Assembly: GCA_034530615.2 (NCBI GenBank)
Contig: JAVRCV020000039.1
Coordinates: 1-64,000, forward strand
Direction of reading: 5' to 3'
Source of the DNA: Aulosira sp. ZfuVER01
Lineage (GTDB): Bacteria; Cyanobacteriota; Cyanobacteriia; Cyanobacteriales; Nostocaceae
DNA length: 64,000 nucleotides
Shown here: piece by piece, positions 22,239-30,880 of the stretch
Position numbering within the stretch: the stretch's first letter is position 1
How the letters are laid out: each line of letters starts with the position of its first letter
The notes under the pieces: generated by a model
Database searches by the model: none
The model's input: only the letters and a program-made list of their open reading frames with translations
Told to the model about the DNA's origin: nothing
Position numbers and translations under genes: made by a program

Positions 22239-22270
22239 TCTTCCTTTGTGTACTTTGCGCCCTTCGCGGT
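22239..22270. repeat. Right inverted repeat flanking the GxxExxY gene
   Basis: tcttcctttgtgtactttgcgcccttcgcggt, starting immediately after the stop codon. Confidence 0.85.
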
Positions 22271-22308
22271 ACCCTTCGGGAAGCCACTTCGTGTCTACGT
22301 TCAATTCC

Positions 22309-23577
22309 ATGAAACCTCAAACCCCCTCACCTTGGACTTACATCCCCACCCTCTACTTCGCTGAAGGCGTCCCCAACGTCATCATCAGCAGTGTTTCCGT
22401 CATCTTCTACAAAAAACTCGGCATCGACAACGACCAAATCACCGCTTGGACGAGTTTTCTCTATCTCCCCTGGGTAATCAAAATGTTTTGGGGACCACTC
22501 GTAGATATTTACGCCACAAAAAGAACATGGATATTAGTCACCCAATTTGCCATGTTTTGTTGCTTGAGTTTAGTAGCTTTATCCTTACAACTGCCAAACT
22601 TCTTTTTCATCTCCTTAGCAGCCTTAACAGTCGGAGCATTTATTTCCGCCACCTATGATATCGCCACCGATGGCTTTTATATGTTGGCTTTAAACCCAGA
22701 ACAACAAGCTTTTTTTGTCGGTATCCGATCGCTTTTCTATCGCATCGCCGTATTATTTGGTAGTGGATTGTTAGTAGTTTTAGCTGGGCGATTAGAAACC
22801 ACACTCAATAATATTCCTTTAAGTTGGACTATCTCCCTAGGATTTTCCGCCGTCATCTTTGCCATTCTGTTTATTTTTCATCGTTTCGTTTTACCTTTAC
22901 CCGCATCAGATACTCCCCGTCAGACACAAGCCCAAACCGAAAAAATACCTTTTGTACATATTATTCAAACCTATTTCCGACAAGAAAAAATAGGTGCAAT
23001 TTTAGCATTTATTCTACTTTACCGATTAGGTGAAGCTATGCTCTTAAAGGTAGCCTCGCTATTTCTTCTAGACAAAATAGATAAGGGTGGTTTAGCTGTC
23101 TCAACCGAACAATTTGGTTTAATTTACGGAACCTTTGGCGTACTTTCTTTAATTATTGGCGGTATTTTAGGAGGCATGATAATTTCCCGCTATGGCTTGA
23201 AAAAATGCTTTTTACTAATGGCTTTAGCCTTGAACTTACCTGACTTATTTTATGTTTATCTCGCTTATGCTAAACCATCACTGACATTAGTTTACCCCCT
23301 AGTTTCCTTAGAACAATTTGGCTATGGACTCGGATTTACAGCCTTTAGTGTTTATTTAATGTATATTTGCCAAGGTGAATATAAAACCTCTCATTACGCC
23401 ATATCTACGGGACTGATGGCTTTGGGTCTGATGTTGCCAGGGGCAATTAGCGGTACAATTCAACAAGCAGTGGGATACCCGTTATTTTTTGTTTTAGTCT
23501 GTTTGCTAACTATTCCAGGAATGATTACTATATTTTTCATTCCATTAAGAGAAGAACCCAAGCGTCCCACCAGTTAA
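22309..23577 (+). CDS. AmpG-like MFS muropeptide transporter
   Basis: LYFAEGVP, LPWVIKMFWGPLVD, SATYDIATDG. The ORF-track 5' extension to 22246 is repeat DNA. Confidence 0.8.
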   Translation: MKPQTPSPWTYIPTLYFAEGVPNVIISSVSVIFYKKLGIDNDQITAWTSFLYLPWVIKMFWGPLVDIYATKRTWILVTQFAMFCCLSLVALSLQLPNFFFISLAALTVGAFISATYDIATDGFYMLALNPEQQAFFVGIRSLFYRIAVLFGSGLLVVLAGRLETTLNNIPLSWTISLGFSAVIFAILFIFHRFVLPLPASDTPRQTQAQTEKIPFVHIIQTYFRQEKIGAILAFILLYRLGEAMLLKVASLFLLDKIDKGGLAVSTEQFGLIYGTFGVLSLIIGGILGGMIISRYGLKKCFLLMALALNLPDLFYVYLAYAKPSLTLVYPLVSLEQFGYGLGFTAFSVYLMYICQGEYKTSHYAISTGLMALGLMLPGAISGTIQQAVGYPLFFVLVCLLTIPGMITIFFIPLREEPKRPTS

Positions 23578-23610
23578 GAGTAAATAAAATAGCGAGTTTT
23601 GAATTTATCC

Positions 23611-24582
23611 ATGAACTATGTTTTAGGCATTGATGGCGGCGGTAGTAAGACTGTTTGTGTTTTGATGGATGAAACACGCCAAGTTGTCAGTCGTGGGGAA
23701 GCAGGCGCATCCAACTATCAGAGTATAGGTATTGCCGCAGCACGACAATCAATTGAATTTGCAATTATGGCTGCGACAGATCAAGCACAAAATCTCGCCA
23801 AGCCGATACAAATTACAGCAGTTTGCTTAGGGTTAGCAGGTGTGGGACGTGCAGAAGATATTGAAGCAGTAAAATCTTTAGTAAAAGAATTACAAAATAG
23901 TGAATTGCTGCCGATAAATTGGGCATTACCAGGATCTAATATTGTCATTTGTCATGATGCTTTGATTGCTTTAGTAGGTGGGATTGGTAATACTGTAGGA
24001 ATTGTCGCCGCAGCAGGTACAGGTTCGATAATTTTCGGGCGAAATCATCAGGGAGTTACTAAACGTGTAGGTGGTTGGGGGCATATTTTAGGTGATGAAG
24101 GTAGCGCCTATAAAATTGCTCTTGCTGGTATACAAGCAGCATTAAAAGCGTATGATGGCAGTGGGATGCCAACGAGTCTAGTAGATATTTTCAAAGTTTA
24201 TATTGAACTGCCAAATATAGAACGTTTTGTTGAATTAATATATCGCCAAGGATGGGGAGTTACAGAAATAGCTGCTTTAGCAGAAATTGTAGATTTAGCA
24301 GCAGCTTTAGGTGATGAAGTAGCGAATAAAATTATTGATGATGCTGTGCAATATTTTGTGGTAGCCACCTCCACCGTTATTGAGAAAATTTTTAGCGATC
24401 GCCCAGTTTTAGAAGTAGTCACTACAGGAAGTGTGTGGCAAGGTAAATCTAAGATGTATGACAGGTTTACAGCATCTCTAGCTAAGAAGTTTCCTGAAGT
24501 AAAAGTGACGTTTCCCAAGCATGAACCTGCTTATGGTGCGGGTTTTTTGGCGTTGCAGAAGTTAGCAGGGAAGAATTTTTAA
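23611..24582 (+). CDS. BadF/BadG/BcrA/BcrD-type sugar kinase (GlcNAc/MurNAc kinase-like)
   Basis: LGIDGGGSKT, AGTGS, GGWGHILGDEGSAY. Co-directional with the AmpG-like gene. Confidence 0.85.
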   Translation: MNYVLGIDGGGSKTVCVLMDETRQVVSRGEAGASNYQSIGIAAARQSIEFAIMAATDQAQNLAKPIQITAVCLGLAGVGRAEDIEAVKSLVKELQNSELLPINWALPGSNIVICHDALIALVGGIGNTVGIVAAAGTGSIIFGRNHQGVTKRVGGWGHILGDEGSAYKIALAGIQAALKAYDGSGMPTSLVDIFKVYIELPNIERFVELIYRQGWGVTEIAALAEIVDLAAALGDEVANKIIDDAVQYFVVATSTVIEKIFSDRPVLEVVTTGSVWQGKSKMYDRFTASLAKKFPEVKVTFPKHEPAYGAGFLALQKLAGKNF

Positions 24583-24583
24583 G

Positions 24584-24615
24584 GAACCGCAGAGGCGCAG
24601 AGAACGCAGAGAGGA
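24584..24615. repeat. Solo arm of the GxxExxY-associated ~9-nt periodic repeat
   Basis: gaaccgcagaggcgcagagaacgcagaga resembles gaaccgcaaagggcgcaaagtacacaaaga. Confidence 0.6.
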
Positions 24616-24696
24616 GGTGGGAGTGCGATCGCATATTGATATTACAGAGTTTTTAGGTAAATGAAGTACACATTTAATTTCCTAAATGACTTCAAT

Positions 24697-25284
24697 TTAT
24701 GACTCTACTAAGTGAATATTCACAAGTGGATTTAGTACCTCTCCAGTCCAAAGATTTTGTAATATTTTTTCTAATACTTTTGGTTCAATACAGCGATAAT
24801 CTCTCTCCATAACTTCACGAGATTGACGATACTTGAACCGAAATTTATATAAGCCTGGATACAGTGGGCGAAAAACGTAAATGTCTTCATTTGGAAAAGG
24901 AATATTCAAAGTCAATTGTCGGTCACGTTTTTTCTTCCGGTTCTGTATCCAAAAAAGGAAGGCTTCACGAGAAAAAGTTACTGTTTCTCCCGGTACTACC
25001 AAAACATAATCAGATGCAAGTGGTTTATTTAGTCGCTCGGAGTGCAAACCTGTTAGCATTAATTGGCTATCTGGTGCTATCATTTCGGGAAACATCGAAT
25101 AAACAGAAGTTGAAAAGTAAAAAACATTTTGAGTATTATTCGTAATACGAATACCAAACTCTACAGGAGTATAAACACCGTGCTTTGCTTCGGGAATAGT
25201 TAACACTTTCTCTGATACCACAGTTTCAAACCTGAGATTATCCACTTCAACGGCATTAATTTCATTCGGTTCAAAATATGTCAT
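24697..25284 (-). CDS. Hypothetical protein
   Basis: Long AT-rich ORF; ATG 25284 chosen. No recognised motif. Confidence 0.55.
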   Translation of the reverse strand: MTYFEPNEINAVEVDNLRFETVVSEKVLTIPEAKHGVYTPVEFGIRITNNTQNVFYFSTSVYSMFPEMIAPDSQLMLTGLHSERLNKPLASDYVLVVPGETVTFSREAFLFWIQNRKKKRDRQLTLNIPFPNEDIYVFRPLYPGLYKFRFKYRQSREVMERDYRCIEPKVLEKILQNLWTGEVLNPLVNIHLVES

Positions 25285-25419
25285 GTGGATTATCCTTGAT
25301 GTTTCCCTAAAACTCACCCAGTTGAGTGATGCGGTAATTCGCCGTGCTATATTACATTCATATTACAAAACCTATCAAAAGAGGCAAAAAATGAACCACC
25401 TGGACTTCTTAAGCCGGAC

Positions 25420-26433
25420 TTGACGAACCCGGCAAATGGTATTCATGCTATTAATCTTATCGTCTACAAAATAGCCGAAGTTCTGCAAGCATCCGGTTAT
25501 CCTGAACCAACAATTTGGCGTTCTTCTCCCATCACCACGATCGCCAACAACTACGATAAGCTTTATATTCCTAGAGAAAGTTTATCTCGTTCCGCCAAAT
25601 ATACCCGTTACCTCAGCGACGGTAGGCTACTGAGAACTCATACCACTGTCATCATGCCAGAGTTACTTCCTCACTTACACGGGGAACAACTCATTCTCCA
25701 CCCCGGTATTTGTTACCGCCGGGATGTGGTAGATAAGCGTCATGTTGGGGAACCGCATCAAATGGATGTATGGCTAATTAGCCAACGTCAACAATTGGGT
25801 AGAGAAGCTTTAGTTAAATTAATTGCTGTTATTCTCAACGCAGTTCTTCCAGGTGTTTCCTATCGCTTAAATGAAACATCACACCCATATACCTGCAATG
25901 GTTTAGAAATTGAAGTGTTAGTTAATGGTAACTGGATTGAGGTAGGAGAGTGTGGAGAAATTCACCCTGGATTACTCAAGCCTGACTATACAGGATTAGC
26001 ATCTGGTTGGGGATTAGATCGTCTGGTGATGTTAGTAAAGGGGATAGATGATATTCGCTTGTTGCGAAACACCTATCCCCAAATAGCTGCCCAGATGACG
26101 AACCTGGAAACCTATAATCAGGTATCTAATAAACCAAGTATCAGCCGAGATATGTCTATTGTCACTGGGATAGATACGGATTTAGAAGATATTTGCGAAC
26201 AAATACTACAAGTTTTAGGAGAGGAAGCTGAACTATTAGAATCGGTGGAAATATTAAGTGAAACTCTTTACCAGCAACTTCCACAAAAGGCAATACAACG
26301 TTTGGGTATTCAACCTCATCAAAAAAATCTACTAGTACGGATGACTCTTAGGAGTCTTCATGCATCTATTACTAATCAAAAAGCCAATGTTCTGCGAGAG
26401 TTGGTTTATCAACAAATTCACCAAGGTGAGTAA
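25420..26433 (+). CDS. Single-chain PheRS-like protein (PheS catalytic domain + FDX-ACB anticodon-binding domain), possibly 5' frameshifted
   Basis: LLRTHTT, motif 2 YRRDVVDKRH..HQMD, WIEVGECG, motif 3 GWGLDRL..GIDDIR, and C-terminal SRDMS..R. An RBS plus ATG at 25391 is out of frame. Confidence 0.8.
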   Translation: MTNPANGIHAINLIVYKIAEVLQASGYPEPTIWRSSPITTIANNYDKLYIPRESLSRSAKYTRYLSDGRLLRTHTTVIMPELLPHLHGEQLILHPGICYRRDVVDKRHVGEPHQMDVWLISQRQQLGREALVKLIAVILNAVLPGVSYRLNETSHPYTCNGLEIEVLVNGNWIEVGECGEIHPGLLKPDYTGLASGWGLDRLVMLVKGIDDIRLLRNTYPQIAAQMTNLETYNQVSNKPSISRDMSIVTGIDTDLEDICEQILQVLGEEAELLESVEILSETLYQQLPQKAIQRLGIQPHQKNLLVRMTLRSLHASITNQKANVLRELVYQQIHQGE

Positions 26434-26435
26434 TT

Positions 26436-26595
26436 AGACGCGGAAGGAGACGCGGAGAAAATGAGACGCGGGGACACGGGGACAAAGAAAATTTTTCTTT
26501 TCCTCTCAACAGCAGGTTTTTATCTCAGCTTGTTTTCTGAAAACTCTGTCTCCGTGTCTCCCCATCCCCGCGTCATTCACTCATCCCCCGCATCG
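26436..26595. repeat. Octamer-repeat palindrome between convergent genes (possible bidirectional terminator)
   Basis: GACGCGGA/GACACGGG arm, then a TCTCCGTGTCTCCCCATCCCCGCGTC arm. Same family as the mutS insertion. Confidence 0.65.
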
Positions 26596-27823
26596 CCAAA
26601 AGCGCTGTTCCATAGGCTGCTTCTGTCTGTTCTGAGGACATTACAGGGACTTTTAAACATCTTCCGCGAATCGCAGTCCAAGTATTATTTGCTGCACCAC
26701 CGCCAGCAGTATAAACACGCTTTAACTTATCTGCTCCCATTTTCTGTAGTAATTCATACCCCCACGTTTCTATGCGGGCAATACTTTCTAACAACCCATG
26801 CAGAAATTCCACTGAATTATCTGGGCGTGGTTCTAAGCGTGGGGCTAAATTGGGATCGTTAATCGGAAAGCGATCGCCTGCTTTCAATAAAGGATAATAA
26901 TCTAGCTGACTGGCTGTAGTTGCATCAATCTCTTTACTGAGGCTTTCTAACTCAGCGTCAGTAAAAAATTCCCGCAGCACTGCACCTCCAGTATTAGAAG
27001 CACCGCCTGTTAGCCACAAGTCACCTAAGCGATGGCTATAAATTCCATATCGTGCATCCTCAATCCGTGTGCGACTCAATAGCTTTAATACTAGTGTCGA
27101 ACCTAAAGAAGTCACCGCTTCCCCAGGCGATTTTGCACCACTAGCAAGAAAAGCCGCAATACTATCAGTAGTGCCAGCACATACCAAACAATTGTGGCGG
27201 AAACCAAACTTAGCTGCAATTTCTGGGCGTAATTCTGCTACAGGTGTACCAGGAGGTAAAACTTTAGGTAGTTGAATAGGTATTTGCAGCTGAGTTAGCC
27301 ATTCTGGGTATTTCAACTCTTCAACGTCATAACCCAGTTTTAAAGCGTTGTGGTAATCACTAATACCTAAGTACCCATGCAGCAGAAATGCTAGCCAGTC
27401 TGCTTGATGCATGAAATATCGTGCTTTGCTAAAAGTCTGTAACTGCGACATCCACAGTAGTTTAGCGAGACTAGATGTAGCGCTAACTACCGTATGATTT
27501 TCGGGTGCGATACTCTTCAACTGCTTTAGCATCACCGATCCCCGTGGATCGTTATAAAGTAGAGGCGCATCTTGTGGCGAACCCGCCGCGTCTACTAGCA
27601 AGACAGTGGAAGAAGTTCCATTAATAGCGATCGCCTGAATTTCTCGCCGCAGTTCTTCAGGAATCGATGCTAGGAGAGTAAATAAAGCCGTCTGCCATAC
27701 ATCCACCCAATCAGCCGCATTTTCCCAAGGATACCTCATTTCTGCCTGAATGCTAGCTTCAGCGTCAATCACCGTAGCCCTAGCGCCAGATGTACCGAAG
27801 TCGATCCCCAGAAACAAATCCAT
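26573..27823 (-). CDS. FGGY-family carbohydrate kinase (D-ribulose/xylulose kinase-like)
   Basis: LGIDFGTSGAR, SDYHNALKLGYD, AGTTDSIAAFLA, GGASNTGG. ATG at 27823. Confidence 0.88.
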   Translation of the reverse strand: MDLFLGIDFGTSGARATVIDAEASIQAEMRYPWENAADWVDVWQTALFTLLASIPEELRREIQAIAINGTSSTVLLVDAAGSPQDAPLLYNDPRGSVMLKQLKSIAPENHTVVSATSSLAKLLWMSQLQTFSKARYFMHQADWLAFLLHGYLGISDYHNALKLGYDVEELKYPEWLTQLQIPIQLPKVLPPGTPVAELRPEIAAKFGFRHNCLVCAGTTDSIAAFLASGAKSPGEAVTSLGSTLVLKLLSRTRIEDARYGIYSHRLGDLWLTGGASNTGGAVLREFFTDAELESLSKEIDATTASQLDYYPLLKAGDRFPINDPNLAPRLEPRPDNSVEFLHGLLESIARIETWGYELLQKMGADKLKRVYTAGGGAANNTWTAIRGRCLKVPVMSSEQTEAAYGTALLAMRGMSE

Positions 27824-27981
27824 AATATTTATATATTTTTTTAAAAAAGAATAACTAATAACTACTGAGCGATCGCTGCTTTTGTTGCATCTTGTAACAA
27901 GATATTCCACAATCCTCGCAAAACAGGGAAAAGTAGTAAACGAACTATTCAAAATGCATTGAGTTTAGGAGGTTTCCAACC

Positions 27982-28110
27982 ATGCCTATATCTAACACTC
28001 TCTTGTTCGCTGTAACGTCTCTCTCAGATACCCAAGTGTATATCGCTTTGGTTGTGGCACTCATTCCAGGCGTTCTGGCTTGGCGTTTAGCTACAGAACT
28101 TTACAAATAA
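27982..28110 (+). CDS. psaM: Photosystem I reaction centre subunit XII (absent from the ORF track)
   Basis: MPISNTLLFAVTSLSDTQVYIALVVALIPGVLAWRLATELYK*; AGGAGG RBS at 27967-27972. Confidence 0.95.
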   Translation: MPISNTLLFAVTSLSDTQVYIALVVALIPGVLAWRLATELYK

Positions 28111-28363
28111 GCCACAGTGTGACAAAGTTGTTGGGCTAATTAAGCCTGGCATGAGTGAGTGACCTTAATCGACACTTGTAGCTTTAGGCAAGTAAGTGTT
28201 TGACTAAGGCTACTTACGTATGCCAGGTTTATTTTTTGGCTTTGAATACACGTGTAGCAATTTCCAAAAAATGAAGTAATATGGCAGCTAAATCCAGCCG
28301 TAATTGTTAGAAGTAGGCTTTTTACGCTGTTCTGCTTGAATTTACGAGGTCTTTTTTACCATC

Positions 28364-28759
28364 ATGAACGCTATTCAACCGTCTAGTCTGCCGCTACAAC
28401 CGATACAAAAACGCCGGGTTGCACCTCGCCCTAAGCGCCATCTGCGTCAACGATCGCATCAAGTAATGGCTATGGAAGTAACAGCCAAGATAGGGGTTAA
28501 TCTGGCAATTTCAGCAGCCGCAGTTTCCGCCCTCATGCAACTTTTGCCTTATCACTGGTTACAGCAGGAAAAATTGCGAGAAATGCGCACTGAAGTTAAG
28601 CAGATGGAAGGGCGTGTGGATATTTTGCAAGCAGAATTTAGCCGCAACTTCGATCCCTCGCAAGCGAAAAATATTATGCAACAAAAAAGCTACCGATTTG
28701 ACCCTAACCAGCGTCAGATAGTGCTAATAAATCCGGATGCAACACAGTCATCACCTTAG
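28364..28759 (+). CDS. Slr1601-family putative cell-division protein (FtsL/DivIC-like)
   Basis: Basic N-terminus, one TM (KIGVNLAISAAAVSALMQLLPY), coiled coil, FDP motif. Downstream of psaM. Confidence 0.6.
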   Translation: MNAIQPSSLPLQPIQKRRVAPRPKRHLRQRSHQVMAMEVTAKIGVNLAISAAAVSALMQLLPYHWLQQEKLREMRTEVKQMEGRVDILQAEFSRNFDPSQAKNIMQQKSYRFDPNQRQIVLINPDATQSSP

Positions 28760-29006
28760 GTACAATAAACAACCGAGAATTATTGAAGTTCTTTATGTTG
28801 TGGCTGTGTATCAACAACTTTTGTAGGTAAATTAGCTAAATTGTTGAATCAGTGCCTAGTGCAAGAAAGCAGAAAAGATGTTGTCTGTTAAAAGTAGATA
28901 GTTATTTACACTACGCTGCACTAATTAACATTTATTAGCCATTAATAATACAGGGTCGCTACACTCTACTGAAAATTTAGATTTTAAAGTCCCCAAGCGG
29001 ATTAAT

Positions 29007-29702
29007 CTACCAATCAGGATGTTCAGGAGATAGCAGTTCGGTTAACCAATTTTCAAGTTGTATACGCAAGCGCCAACCAGGAACATCTTTTCCTTCGGGT
29101 AGTTGAGTCAGGGCACGGCGGTAATCAGCGATCGCACAATTCCAGTCTCCCCAAAGATGATACGTTCTGCCTCTCTCAGCCCAGATATGACCTTCTAGCT
29201 GCCCGAAAAGTAGTGCGACATCAAAATTCTCAATTGCCTCCTCGTATTGCCCCAATTCGCGCCAGGTAATGCCTCGGTTAATCCGTGCCCGCACATGGCC
29301 GGGATTCAAATCAATTGCTCGATCGTAATCAGCGATCGCCGCGGCTAATTTTCCACAAGCAGCATAGTAGTTGGCGCGGTTATTATAAGCACTAGCCAAA
29401 CTAGGATTAATTTGCAGTGCTGTGTTATAGTCACAAAACGCTTTTTGTGTTTCGCCGCTTTGAAAATAAATCAGCCCACGATTGTTGTAATCAACGGCAT
29501 TTTTTGGATGGCGACGGATGAGTTGGCTTAACAATGCGATCGCCTGATTGTAATCTCCTCTTTGAGCCAACCTCAAGGCAGAAGAGCGGACATTGCCGTC
29601 TTCTAAGTCTAAATCAACTTTTAAATTTGCTGTTCTATTTGATACAGACTTATATAAGTTATTTTGCTTATCCCCAAAAGATAAATAAGAGTGATTACTC
29701 AT
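29007..29702 (-). CDS. Tetratricopeptide repeat protein
   Basis: Repeated YNNRG...A..DY..A...NP units. Confidence 0.88.
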   Translation of the reverse strand: MSNHSYLSFGDKQNNLYKSVSNRTANLKVDLDLEDGNVRSSALRLAQRGDYNQAIALLSQLIRRHPKNAVDYNNRGLIYFQSGETQKAFCDYNTALQINPSLASAYNNRANYYAACGKLAAAIADYDRAIDLNPGHVRARINRGITWRELGQYEEAIENFDVALLFGQLEGHIWAERGRTYHLWGDWNCAIADYRRALTQLPEGKDVPGWRLRIQLENWLTELLSPEHPDW

Positions 29703-30238
29703 ATTGTCCTGCCGTATATAATTTGGTTTTTGAAATCAAAATATAGTTATTATTCTGCTGCTAGTGTGTCTGATATGTCAGTTCTTAGGGTGTCTATAAT
29801 TACTTAACCATTAAAACCATAGCCATTGAGAAACTCTATCTCATATAAATAATTAACGATCCAATCCCATAATAGATACCTCATCCCCAGGTTAAATTCC
29901 AGAAAAAGCAAATATCAATCTCAAAGACTAGTCAGGTAGTGAGAGCGACAAATTGGTAGAATGCCAACAAGCCGTTCATGAGAGATGACGCAAAACACAC
30001 AGGAAAGTAGCAATGCTGATAAAGCAAAACAAACCTCTTAACTACAGAAGAAGCAAAAACTTACCTGTGTTTTCTTGTTGGAGTAAGTGTTGTCAAGAAA
30101 AACAACAATCTTTGCTTGAATCTCATAGCTTGAGCTATGGGGTTTCTCCTTGATGCTGTATCTCTATCTAGATTCTCATCTAACGGTTCCAGCTTCTAGT
30201 TCCTTAATCTGACTTTTAAGTTTTGAGAAAATTTTCTT

Positions 30239-30703
30239 ATGACAATTGCAATTTCTTACCCTAATGCCCCCGATTTAACTGCTGATGATTATATTGTGAT
30301 CGGCTTGGCAACCTGCTTTGTCAAGGAAGATGGAGAAGTTCATCAAGTTGAAGTTATTGAACCGATTCCCTCTGCTGCTATAGAAGCAGTGATGAAAGGT
30401 ATTCCCACTTCATATAAGTTTGCTTGGGCGACAACTTTAGGCTCTGTCCTGAATGGTGACACACTCTCAGCTCCTACTACCTTCCCAGAGTCGGCTCAGT
30501 TCGCAGATGAGTTTGTACCACGGCTATTTGCAGCAGCTCGTACCTACAAGCGTCGTGACATTACAAAATCTCTTATTCCTTTGGGTACAATCTACACAGA
30601 GTTCAATTACTCCACTGAACGCAAGCGTGTGCTAAATGCTGCCAGGGTAGTTACCAAAGAAGATAACGTTAAACAGCACTCCCACACCCATAAAGTTCTT
30701 TAA
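30239..30703 (+). CDS. Conserved cyanobacterial hypothetical protein
   Basis: DYIVIGLATCF, EPIPSA, AARTY, DNVKQH.HTHK. Confidence 0.75.
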   Translation: MTIAISYPNAPDLTADDYIVIGLATCFVKEDGEVHQVEVIEPIPSAAIEAVMKGIPTSYKFAWATTLGSVLNGDTLSAPTTFPESAQFADEFVPRLFAAARTYKRRDITKSLIPLGTIYTEFNYSTERKRVLNAARVVTKEDNVKQHSHTHKVL

Positions 30704-30880
30704 CATTCAATAAGGGAACAGGGAACAGAGAATAGGGAATATAATTTCCTCTTCTCTGTTGTTGAAACTGATTTTTTGGAGATTGGGGATTTTAGGGCAG
30801 ATTAATGTTCATAGTGAATTGACGGGAATTAACTCTGCTTCCCAAATCCTTAATTCGCCGTATTTTTTATAGAAACTATA

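Noticed and set aside
26461..26862. 133-aa plus-strand ORF after the PheRS paralog
   Set aside because: It is translated palindromic repeat plus antisense overlap with the FGGY kinase.
29972..30010. Glutamine riboswitch (CGTTCAT...ATGACG start)
   Set aside because: The downstream GGAAGT and GAAGGAACG elements are missing.
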